Below, piece by piece: positions 49,377 through 57,927 of a stretch of 64,000 nucleotides of DNA; within the stretch, counting starts at the first letter, position 1; the number at the start of each line of letters is the position of its first letter. The notes under the pieces were generated by a model. It was not told the DNA's origin and ran no database searches. It saw nothing but the letters and a program-made list of their open reading frames with translations. Made by a program: the position numbers and the translations under genes. This DNA is from Planctomycetota bacterium (lineage in GTDB: Bacteria > Planctomycetota > UBA1135 > UBA2386), in assembly GCA_965228735.1 (NCBI GenBank), contig OZ245838.1, positions 6,304,001 to 6,368,000 of the forward strand, written 5' to 3'.

Positions 49377-51062
49377 ATGCCGACGCTCGCGCCGATGCCA
49401 GAACCGACGAAGTGCGGGATGCGGGGCCTGCTCGCGATCGCGTTGTCGGTCGGCCTGGTGAGCGCCCAGTCGACCTGGCCCGCGCCGCCGACGCCGCCGG
49501 GCAATCCGACGACGACGGCGAAGGTCCTGCTCGGGCAGGCGCTGTTCTGGGACGAACAGCTGTCGTCGACGGGCACGGTCGCGTGCGGCACGTGCCACGT
49601 CTTCTCGCACGGCGGCGCCGATCCGCGCGCGCTGGACGCGGTGCATCCGGGGCCGGACGGGGTCTTCGGTACCCCGGACGATGGCCGTGGTTCGCCGGGC
49701 GTGCCGCCGAGCGACGGCGCCGGCCGCTACGGCTGGGTGCCGGCGACCGGGTCGAGCCCGCAGCTGACGCGGCGCACGTCGCCAACCGTGATCAACGCGG
49801 CGTTCCAGCGGTCGCAGTTCTGGGACGGCGTCGTGGAGAGCGGTGTCTTCCGCGATCCCGTGACCGGCGTGGTCGTGCTGCAGCAGGACGCGTTCCTCGA
49901 GAACCAGATCGCCGTGCCGCCGCTGAGCGCAGCCGAGATGGGGCACCCGGGGCGGGACTGGCAGGACGTCGTGCGCGCCGTGCGGCGCCAGGTGCCGCTC
50001 GCGCTCGCGAGCGGGTTGCCGCCGCGACTCGCGACGTTCGTGCACGGGCGGCGCTACGCCGAGCTCTTCGAGCGCGCGTTCGGTTCGCCCGGCGTCGACG
50101 CGGCGCGCATCGTCATGGCGATCGCGGCCTACATGCGAACGCTCGTGGCCGACCGGTCGCCGATCGACCTGTTCCTCCGCGGGCAGGCGCCGTTCCCGGC
50201 GGGCGCGACCAACGGCTTCGTCGAGTTCGGCGCGCGGTGCTCGCAGTGTCACAAGGACCTGAGCACGGCGTCCGTGCTCGAGGGCCCTGCGAGCATCGAC
50301 TTCCGCAATACCGGTGTGCGGCCACCGGGCGAGGACCGCGGCCGCTTCCTCGTCACGCAGGACCCGGCGGACGACGGGAAGTTCAAGAGCGTCGATCTGC
50401 GGAACGTCGCGTTGCGCGGGCCGTTCTTCCACAACGGCAGCGCGCGGACCCTGACCGAGGTGCTGCAGTTCTACGATCGCGGCGGGGACTTCGCGGCCAA
50501 CCGCGATCCGCTCGTGACCGCGTTGCAGGGGCAGCTGCCGCCGATCACGCGCGCGGAGATCCTCGCGTTCCTGCACGAGCTCACGGACCCGCGGGTCGCG
50601 GCCGAGACGCCGCCGTTCGACCGGCCGCGGCTGTTCCACGAGGGCGTGCGCGCGCCGCGGCTCCTCGGCACGGAGTCGGCGTGCGGGGCGGCGCCAGCCC
50701 CTCGGGTGATCGCCGTCGAGCCGGCGCTGTTGTCGCGCGGCGGCGTGACCGTTGCGGTCGACGGCGCGGACCCGGGCAGCCACGCGTTCCTCGGGCTCGA
50801 CGTCGCGGCCGCCGGAACGCCGCAGCTGCTCGGCGGCGTGGCCGTCTGGCTCGGACTGACGCCGGGAGTCGACGTGGTCTACGCCGGTAGGCTCAGCGCG
50901 CCGGCGGGCCCCGGCAGCGGTCACACCTCCGTGCGAGTGCCATTGCCGCAGCAGCCCGGCGCGGCCGGGCAGTCGCTGTTCGGGCAATGGTTCGTCACGA
51001 GCACGGGTTGCGCGAACGGGCTGGCGGCGTCGCGGGCGTTCGAGCTACGGTTGTTTCGCTGA
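49377..51062 (+). CDS. Di-heme cytochrome c peroxidase/MauG-superfamily protein with shared C-terminal domain (start may be 49419)
   Basis: LG.ALFWD..LS, CGTCH, QFWDG, CSQCH, FK...LRNVAL..PFFHNG. Confidence 0.9.
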   Translation: MPTLAPMPEPTKCGMRGLLAIALSVGLVSAQSTWPAPPTPPGNPTTTAKVLLGQALFWDEQLSSTGTVACGTCHVFSHGGADPRALDAVHPGPDGVFGTPDDGRGSPGVPPSDGAGRYGWVPATGSSPQLTRRTSPTVINAAFQRSQFWDGVVESGVFRDPVTGVVVLQQDAFLENQIAVPPLSAAEMGHPGRDWQDVVRAVRRQVPLALASGLPPRLATFVHGRRYAELFERAFGSPGVDAARIVMAIAAYMRTLVADRSPIDLFLRGQAPFPAGATNGFVEFGARCSQCHKDLSTASVLEGPASIDFRNTGVRPPGEDRGRFLVTQDPADDGKFKSVDLRNVALRGPFFHNGSARTLTEVLQFYDRGGDFAANRDPLVTALQGQLPPITRAEILAFLHELTDPRVAAETPPFDRPRLFHEGVRAPRLLGTESACGAAPAPRVIAVEPALLSRGGVTVAVDGADPGSHAFLGLDVAAAGTPQLLGGVAVWLGLTPGVDVVYAGRLSAPAGPGSGHTSVRVPLPQQPGAAGQSLFGQWFVTSTGCANGLAASRAFELRLFR

Positions 51063-51066
51063 CGTC

Positions 51067-52716
51067 ATGCAGCCTCTCGTTCCAGCCATCCTGCTGTTCA
51101 CCGCTCTCGTGGGCGACGCGGCTGCGCAGACCCTTTGGCCGCCACCGCCGACCCCGGCCGGCAATCCCACGACCGCGGCGAAGGTCTTGCTCGGCAAGGC
51201 GCTGTTCTGGGACGAACAGCTGTCGACGACCGGGTCGGTGGCGTGCGGCACGTGCCACATCCTGAGTCACGGCGGCGCCGATCCGCGTTCTCTGACGGCG
51301 TTGCACCCCGGCCCCGACGGCGTGTTCGGCACGCCTGACGACCGCCGGGCGTCTCCCGGTGTGCCGGCGAACGACGGTGGCGGAACCTACACGGGAGCTC
51401 CGGGTTTCGGCGCCGCGCCGCAGGTGACTCCGCGCGCGGCCCCGACGGTCATCAACGCTGCGTATCTCGGCGAACTGTTCTGGGACGGTCGGGTCAGGGA
51501 CGGCGTGTTCCGCGACCCCGTGACGGGCCAGGTAATGCTGAATGGCGATGCCCAACTCGAGAACCTGATCGCCGAGCCGCCGATCGATGCAATCGAAATG
51601 GGGCACCCGGGACGCTCGTGGGCCGACGTCGTCCAGCGGGTGCAGGGCGTCGAGCCGCTCGCGCTCGCCTCGCACCTGCCGGGTCCGCTCGCCACGTTCG
51701 TCTCGGGCCAGACGTATCCGGCGCTCTTCCAGCAGGCGTTCGGTTCCGCCGGCGTCGACGCGAGCCGGATCATCATGGCGATCGCGGCCTACATGCGCAC
51801 CCTCGTGAGCAACGGCTCGCGCGTCGACGCGTTCCTCGCCGGCACCGGTACGCTGACGACCGTCGAACAGAACGGACAGCAGTTCGCCGCGCAAATCTGC
51901 GTGCGCTGTCACGGCGACATCGATGACAACGTGTTCCTGCTGGGGCCGGCTTCGGTGCGATTTCGCAACACGGGTGTCCGGCCCATCGCCGAGGACCCGG
52001 GTCGCAGCGCGGTCACTCAGAGCGCGGCGGACGACGGCATGTTCAAGGCGCCGGACTTGCGCAACGTTGCGTTGCGCCCGCCGTTCTTCCACGACGGGAG
52101 CGCCGCGACGCTGGCCGATGTCGTCGCGTTCTACGCGCGCGGCGGTGACTTCCACGTCAACAAGAACCCGCTGATGAATGCGCTGCCCGGGTTTTTCGCC
52201 GCGTCGCCGCGCCTCGAGGCGGAGCTCGTGGCGTTTCTCGAGGCGTTCACGGATCCGCGCGTCGAACACGAGCTGCCGCCGTTCGATCGCCCGACGTTGT
52301 TCACCGAGGGGCCGAACCGGAACCTGCTGTTCCCCGCGGGCACGCCCGGCACCGGCGGCGTCGTGCCGCGCGCGGTCGCCGTCGAGCCGGCGCGCATCGG
52401 CGGTCGGGTCACGGTCGCGGTCGATCGCGGGCAGCCGGGTGAGTTCGCGCTGCTCTGGTGGGACGTCGCGGTGGCCCCGGGTCCACGTACGATCTTCGGG
52501 TTGTCCGTGCAGCTCGCGCTCACGCCGGCGACGACGCTGGCCGTCGCGGGCGCGCTGCAGGGCGCGCCGGGCGAGGCGTGGTTGTCCTGGTCGCAGCTCC
52601 TGCCGGCCGACCCGGTGTATGCCGGGCAACGGCTCTTCGGGCAGTGGCTCGTGACCGACCCCGCCGGCCCGAACGGGTTCGCGACGTCCGGCGCGTTCGG
52701 TCTGCGGCTGCACTGA
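51067..52716 (+). CDS. Di-heme cytochrome c peroxidase/MauG-superfamily paralog with shared C-terminal domain
   Basis: CGTCH, LFWDG, CVRCH, FK.P.LRNVAL.PPFFHDG; highly similar to the upstream gene. Confidence 0.9.
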   Translation: MQPLVPAILLFTALVGDAAAQTLWPPPPTPAGNPTTAAKVLLGKALFWDEQLSTTGSVACGTCHILSHGGADPRSLTALHPGPDGVFGTPDDRRASPGVPANDGGGTYTGAPGFGAAPQVTPRAAPTVINAAYLGELFWDGRVRDGVFRDPVTGQVMLNGDAQLENLIAEPPIDAIEMGHPGRSWADVVQRVQGVEPLALASHLPGPLATFVSGQTYPALFQQAFGSAGVDASRIIMAIAAYMRTLVSNGSRVDAFLAGTGTLTTVEQNGQQFAAQICVRCHGDIDDNVFLLGPASVRFRNTGVRPIAEDPGRSAVTQSAADDGMFKAPDLRNVALRPPFFHDGSAATLADVVAFYARGGDFHVNKNPLMNALPGFFAASPRLEAELVAFLEAFTDPRVEHELPPFDRPTLFTEGPNRNLLFPAGTPGTGGVVPRAVAVEPARIGGRVTVAVDRGQPGEFALLWWDVAVAPGPRTIFGLSVQLALTPATTLAVAGALQGAPGEAWLSWSQLLPADPVYAGQRLFGQWLVTDPAGPNGFATSGAFGLRLH

Positions 52717-52879
52717 ACCCGGCTCGGCCATGGCGGGCTGATTGCCCGGGCGGAAACGCCCGATCCACTGCGGCATGCCGCCAAAAAACGTCGCGCCGAA
52801 GCGAAACCACGGCCGGGGGGGCGAGTAGTTGAACGTGTCCGCGCGTTGGTGTGAGCCGCGTGGCGGACGTTCCTGACGA

Positions 52880-52948
52880 GACTCTCCGCCGAGGAGTGAG
52901 GGGCACGTTGCTCCGAGCTCCGGGGGCGAGGCGGAGAGTCTTCTTTTC
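52880..52948 (+). terminator. 11-bp stem with U-tract
   Basis: GACTCTCCGCC...GGCGGAGAGTC followed by TTCTTTTC; the loop is long (39 nt). Confidence 0.5.
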
Positions 52949-52983
52949 CGTACGGGCCGAGTTCCCGTCGGGCGGATCGGCCG

Positions 52984-53622
52984 TCAGAGTGCGGGGGCCG
53001 GGATGCGCTGCACCCAACCGTGAGCGGCGGCGTCCGGGTCGTCGTGGTCGCAGAACACGGTCCGGACGACCTCCTCGATCTCGCGCCGCGTCGCGCCGAG
53101 ATGTTGCGCGCCGCGCGCGTGGCCCGCGAACTGGCGCTTCTGGTCTGCCGCGACGAGAGCGGCGAGTGCGACGAGTTCGCGCACGCGCGGTGCCAATCCG
53201 GAACGGGCGAGGATGCGGCCGTAGGCGGCCTCGAGCACGAACGACTGGAAGTCCGGATGGAAGCGGCCGAGCATCGCGCGCACGGCCTCGGCGTTCTTGC
53301 CGTAGATGCGATCGAACAGCGCGCGGCCGCGCGCGGCCTGCTCGGCCGGCGTCGGCAGTTCGGTCGCTGCCGGCGGGGTCGTGGCGGGCCACGTGGACTC
53401 GAAGTGTTCGAACGCCGTGACGACCCGCGGGAACCCGCAGAACAGGACCGCCTGCAGCAGCATCTCCTCGCAGTCCGCGCGCTCCGATCCGCGCGCCTTC
53501 GCCGTCCCGAACACGGCCGTCAACCGCGGCCAGTCGGCGCGCCAGATCGCGACCTGCCCGAGCACGAGCAGCCGCACCTCGGGGTCGAGGTCGCCACGGG
53601 CGAGCACGCGATCGATCGTCAT
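52984..53622 (-). CDS. Carboxymuconolactone decarboxylase/AhpD-like protein (two CMD-like halves)
   Basis: E.LLQ...FCGFPR, RG..LF..IY, AYG.IL.R.GL..R.REL..LA.L, H..GA...GAT..EI. Confidence 0.82.
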   Translation of the reverse strand: MTIDRVLARGDLDPEVRLLVLGQVAIWRADWPRLTAVFGTAKARGSERADCEEMLLQAVLFCGFPRVVTAFEHFESTWPATTPPAATELPTPAEQAARGRALFDRIYGKNAEAVRAMLGRFHPDFQSFVLEAAYGRILARSGLAPRVRELVALAALVAADQKRQFAGHARGAQHLGATRREIEEVVRTVFCDHDDPDAAAHGWVQRIPAPAL

Positions 53623-53740
53623 CGGCGGAGGATTAATGCCGTACGGAACCTGGTTCAAACCGCAAGGCTGCCACGCAAGAGCCGCCGAAGGCGGCTCTCG
53701 CGTGGCAGCCTTGCGGATTGAACCAGGTTCCGTACGGCAA

Positions 53741-54484
53741 TCACCTGCGGTTGGTGTGCTCGGGGTTGGTGTAGCGCGTTCGGCGCAGTTGCTCGGCGTG
53801 CTGACGTTCTTCGTTGGTCAACTCGCCCGGCTCCGGTGCGAGATCGAGGGCTGCGGCGAGATGGTGGACGAGCCGGTCACCGAGACGGATGGTCAGCGCG
53901 GCGTCGACGGCGACGGTGTCCGCGACGGCCGCGACGAACGGCGTCAGGGTGGGGCGCGACAGCACGAGCGAGCCGTGATGCAGCACGCGTCGAGCCGGCT
54001 GGGCGATGCGGCGTTGGGCCGAGCCGACGAGCTTGCCGGCCGTGGTCACGATGTCGTCGCGGCCCGGTGTGCGGAAGCACCAGCGGTCCTTGGGGCGCGC
54101 CGTCTGCGCGTGCCCGCTGTCGAGTCGGGTGCTGTCGACGCCGACATCGCGGAGCGCCCGCACGACCGCGTCGTGCAGTCCGCGGTAGCTGCCGGCGACG
54201 TCCGTTCCGAGCAGCTCGGCGGGCAGCGCGAGCGCGAACGTGAGCTCGTCGCCGTGGTGGATCGCGCCGCCGCCGGTGAGCCGGCGCACGATCACCGTGT
54301 CGGGCACCAGATCGGCGAAGTCTCTGCGGCGCTGGAAGTAGCCGAGCGAGACCGCGTGCGGCTGCCAGCCATAGAGCCGCAGCGTCGGCTCGGTCGCTCC
54401 GACGAGCAGCGCTTCGTCGACGGCCATGTTCGTGGCCGGATCGCCGGGCGGGTCACGCAGGACCCGGATCGTCGCGGGCGTCAC
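53741..54484 (-). CDS. Lipoate-protein ligase / octanoyltransferase (LplA/LipM family)
   Basis: NMAVDEALL, LRLY.W....SLGYFQ, RR.TGGGA..H, CF......D, KLVGSAQRR, L.HGS. Confidence 0.92.
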   Translation of the reverse strand: MTPATIRVLRDPPGDPATNMAVDEALLVGATEPTLRLYGWQPHAVSLGYFQRRRDFADLVPDTVIVRRLTGGGAIHHGDELTFALALPAELLGTDVAGSYRGLHDAVVRALRDVGVDSTRLDSGHAQTARPKDRWCFRTPGRDDIVTTAGKLVGSAQRRIAQPARRVLHHGSLVLSRPTLTPFVAAVADTVAVDAALTIRLGDRLVHHLAAALDLAPEPGELTNEERQHAEQLRRTRYTNPEHTNRR

Positions 54485-54499
54485 GAACCCGGCCGGCGG

Positions 54500-54877
54500 T
54501 CAGGACTCGGCCTTGACCGTCTCTTCGTAGGCCGCCGCGTCGAGCAGGTCGTCCGACGTCTCGGTGACCTTGACCTTGATCATCCAGGCCTTCTCGAACG
54601 CGTCCTCCGCCAGCCACTCGAGGTTGTCCGGCAGCTCGGCGTTGACCTCGGTGACCTCACCCGAGACCGCGGCGTAGAGGCTGCTGACGGCCTTGACCGA
54701 CTCGATCTCGCCGAACTGTTCGCCCTTCGTCACGTCGTCGCCGACGTTGGGCAGGTCGAGGAACACGAGGTCGCTGAGCTGTGACACGGCGAAATCGGTG
54801 ATGCCGAGCGTGGCGACGTCGCCGTCGACTTTGCACCACTCGTGGCTCTTCAGATACTTGCGGTCGTCTGGACGCAT
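54500..54877 (-). CDS. gcvH: Glycine cleavage system H protein
   Basis: SHEW, GITDFA...L.D.VF..LP, IESVKAVS. Confidence 0.96.
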   Translation of the reverse strand: MRPDDRKYLKSHEWCKVDGDVATLGITDFAVSQLSDLVFLDLPNVGDDVTKGEQFGEIESVKAVSSLYAAVSGEVTEVNAELPDNLEWLAEDAFEKAWMIKVKVTETSDDLLDAAAYEETVKAES

Positions 54878-54907
54878 GGGTCGGTGTCGTTTGGGGGTTC
54901 GATCGGA

Positions 54908-55999
54908 TCAGCGTTGCCGCTTGTAGAACGGCATGGGGGCCACGACGCAAGCTTCGAGCTGGTCGCGGACGCGGAATTGGAGTTCGGTGCCGGGCTCGGC
55001 GAGCTCGGTCGGGACGTACGCCGTCGCGATGTTCGTCCCGAGCGTCGGCGAGATGCTGCCGGAGCAGACCGCACCGACGTCCTGGCCAGCGTGCACGATC
55101 GGGTAGCCCTGCCGCGGGCAGCGCTTGCTCGCCGCCGTGAGGCCGACGAGCTTGCGACCGGTGCCGCCCTTCTCCTGCACGGCTTCGAGGGCCGCGCGGC
55201 CGACGAAGTCGTGGGTGAACTTGACGGCGAAGTCGAGTCCGGCCTCGAGCGGGTTGGTCGTCTCGTTCAGCTCGTGGCCATACAGCGGCATGCCGGCCTC
55301 GTGGCGCAGCGTGTCGCGCGCGCCGAGGCCGATCGGCTTCAGCCCGGCGCTCTCGCCGACCTCGAAGAACGCGTTCCACACGTCCGCCTCGTAGCCGCCC
55401 GGGACATAGACCTCGAACCCGTCCTCGCCGGTGTAGCCGGTGCGCGAGATCGTCATCGGTTGGCCGCAGATCTCGGTCGCAGTCCACGCGTAGTACTTGA
55501 GCTCGGCCAGGTCGGTCGCCGTGAGTTGCTGCGTGATCGCTTCTGACTGCGGACCCTGGATCGCGATCATTCCGGTCTCGTCCGTGCGGTCCTGGACCTC
55601 GCATTCGAAGTCCGCCGCGATCTTGCGCATGATCTCGAGGTCGCGCTCCGTGTTGCCCGCGTTGATGACGAGGAAGAAGCCATCGTCCTTCGGGTTGCGG
55701 TAGACGAGGATGTCGTCCTGCGTCAGCCCCTGCTCGTCGAGGATCATCGCATAGCGGATGCGCCCGGGCTGGATCTTGCTGACGTCGTTCGTCTGCAGAC
55801 GCTGCAGGAAGTCCTCGGCCTGCGGACCGTTGACGTTCACGCGGCCCATGTGACCGAGGTCGAACAGGCCGGCGGCGTTGCGCACCGTCTTGGCCTCGTC
55901 GAGGATCGGGCCGTATTGCACCGGCATGCTCCAGCCGGCGAACGGCACGAGTCGGGCACCGTGCTCTTTGTGGATCGATTCGAGGGCGGTCGTGCGCAT
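54908..55999 (-). CDS. gcvT: Glycine cleavage system aminomethyltransferase T
   Basis: F.GW.MPVQY, GLFD..HMG, AIQGP, SRTGYTGEDGFE, GLGARDTLR.EAG.PLYG.EL. Confidence 0.96.
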   Translation of the reverse strand: MRTTALESIHKEHGARLVPFAGWSMPVQYGPILDEAKTVRNAAGLFDLGHMGRVNVNGPQAEDFLQRLQTNDVSKIQPGRIRYAMILDEQGLTQDDILVYRNPKDDGFFLVINAGNTERDLEIMRKIAADFECEVQDRTDETGMIAIQGPQSEAITQQLTATDLAELKYYAWTATEICGQPMTISRTGYTGEDGFEVYVPGGYEADVWNAFFEVGESAGLKPIGLGARDTLRHEAGMPLYGHELNETTNPLEAGLDFAVKFTHDFVGRAALEAVQEKGGTGRKLVGLTAASKRCPRQGYPIVHAGQDVGAVCSGSISPTLGTNIATAYVPTELAEPGTELQFRVRDQLEACVVAPMPFYKRQR

Positions 56000-56087
56000 G
56001 GTCGGGGGGGGGGCTTCTGAGCGGGCCGCGGCGAGCGGCGGGGGCGGGCCGCGACCGGGTTGAGCGGCGGCGAGCGGGCGGCCGAGC

Positions 56088-57908
56088 TTAGCTCTGTGCC
56101 GCAGCCGTTGCTACGGTCTCACGGGCGATGTCGCCCGGGACGAGGCTCACGACGGTGCAGCCGGCCTGCAGCGCCGGGCCCGATTCGGCGGCCACGATCT
56201 TCAGCTTGCCCTCGGGGCTCACGACGAACAGCGGCACGACCCGATCGGCGTTCTCGGCCTCGAACTCCTCGGGGCCGTACTGCTCGGTGAGCCCGGTCGC
56301 CTTGAGCTTGGCGCCGGAGGCGAGCTGGTTGCGCAGCCAGTCCGCCGTCGCGCGTTCGTGGAACAGCAGCCGGCCGTGCTCGGACGCGTCGTGGCCGTCC
56401 TGTTGTTTCTGCTTGCCGCTCGGCGGCACGCGGTAGACGTGCGAGCGGCCGAACGTCGCGACGAACTCGCGGGCGGCGAGTCGGTTGACCTCGTCGCTCG
56501 GCAGCAGCGCGAGCAGGAAGCCGATGCGATGCAGGTCCGCGCTCTCCGCGAAGCGCGTCGACAACACGCTGCCCTGGAACGTCGGCAGGCCGAGAGTGCG
56601 CGCGTTCTGCGTGCTGCGGGCGTTGGTGTCGACGAGCAGCACGTCGAAGCCCTGCTCCTTGAGTGCGGCGCCGATCTCGCGGCCGACGATGTCCGCGCCG
56701 ACGATGAGGCAGCCCTGCGGGTCGCCGCCCGAGAGGCCGATCGCCCGCGCCAGCGGCCGCGCGCCGAGGCCGTAGACGAGAACGGTGAGGACGATCGTCG
56801 GGAAGACGAGTGCGACGACGGTGTTGGCCGCCGCGCGATCGGTCATCTGCAGCGCGAGCTCCGAGCTCACGGCGGCGACGACGATGCCGCGCGGGGCCAT
56901 CGCCATGAGGAACGCGCGATCGCGCCCGCGCAGGTCGCTGCCGAGTGTCGACAACCAGACGGCGACGGGTCGAACGACGAGGATCAGCGCGCCGCCGTAG
57001 AGGAGCGCGCGCCAGCCGAGCTCGGTCAATGGCTTCAGCGGCAGGTGCGCCGCGATCGACACGAAGAGCACCGACAGCAGGATCGTCGACAGGTGCTCCT
57101 TCCACTCCGCGATGTGATCGACGTCGAGCGCGCGCCGGTTGGCCAAAGTGATGCCCATGATCGTCACGGCGAACAGGCCGGCCTCGTGGTGCAGCATGTC
57201 GGCGCCGACGAACGCGACGGCGACGGTCCCGAGCGTGACGGGCACGTGCAGCATGTCGGGCACGAGGAACTTCTCGAGTGCCCGCGCCAGGGTCCAGCCG
57301 GCGACGAGGCCGATCACGCTGCCGAAGCCGGCCGTCTTGGCGATGCCGAGCGCGATCGTGGCCGGCCCGGCGTCGGCGCTGCTGATGGCCTCGAACACGA
57401 CGATGGCGAGCAGCGCACCGATCGGGTCGATGAGGATGCCCTCCCAGCGCAGGATCGCGCCCGTCGGACCGGCCGGGCGCACGTGCCGCACGAGCGGGAT
57501 GACGACGGTCGGGCCGGTGAGCGTGAGCAGCGCGCCGACGAGCAGTGCGACCTTGAAGTCGATGCCGACGAGCCAGACGCCGGCGGCCGTCGACAAGAGC
57601 CACGTGACGAGCGCGCCGACCGACACGAGGTTGCGCACGACGCTGCCGCTGCCGCGCACTTCGGAGAAGCGCAGCGTGAGACCGCCCTCGAACAGGACCA
57701 GACCGACCGCGAGCGAGATGATCGGGCGGAACAACTCGCCGAGCGCACGGTCGGGGTCGAACAGCCCCGTGACCGGGCCGGAGATGAAGCCCGTCAGCAG
57801 CAGCAAGAGGATCGCGGGCACCTTGAGGCGCCACGCGAGCCACTGCGCGAGCGTGCCGGCGCCGAGCACGAAGGCAAGGGCCGACAGGGAGTCGAGGGGC
57901 GCGGGCAC
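56088..57908 (-). CDS. NhaP-type cation:proton antiporter with C-terminal NAD-binding (TrkA-N-like) domain
   Basis: QWLAWRLK.P.ILLLL, LFEGG, TGPTV, WEGILIDP.G, APRGIV.AA. Confidence 0.9.
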   Translation of the reverse strand: MPAPLDSLSALAFVLGAGTLAQWLAWRLKVPAILLLLLTGFISGPVTGLFDPDRALGELFRPIISLAVGLVLFEGGLTLRFSEVRGSGSVVRNLVSVGALVTWLLSTAAGVWLVGIDFKVALLVGALLTLTGPTVVIPLVRHVRPAGPTGAILRWEGILIDPIGALLAIVVFEAISSADAGPATIALGIAKTAGFGSVIGLVAGWTLARALEKFLVPDMLHVPVTLGTVAVAFVGADMLHHEAGLFAVTIMGITLANRRALDVDHIAEWKEHLSTILLSVLFVSIAAHLPLKPLTELGWRALLYGGALILVVRPVAVWLSTLGSDLRGRDRAFLMAMAPRGIVVAAVSSELALQMTDRAAANTVVALVFPTIVLTVLVYGLGARPLARAIGLSGGDPQGCLIVGADIVGREIGAALKEQGFDVLLVDTNARSTQNARTLGLPTFQGSVLSTRFAESADLHRIGFLLALLPSDEVNRLAAREFVATFGRSHVYRVPPSGKQKQQDGHDASEHGRLLFHERATADWLRNQLASGAKLKATGLTEQYGPEEFEAENADRVVPLFVVSPEGKLKIVAAESGPALQAGCTVVSLVPGDIARETVATAAAQS

Positions 57909-57927
57909 TGGCGTCGGGTCGGTGGGG

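Noticed and set aside
53741..55999. gcvT-gcvH without gcvP, and a possible glycine riboswitch upstream
   Set aside because: Split gcv loci are common and gcvP may lie elsewhere; the 88-bp gap shows no riboswitch motifs.
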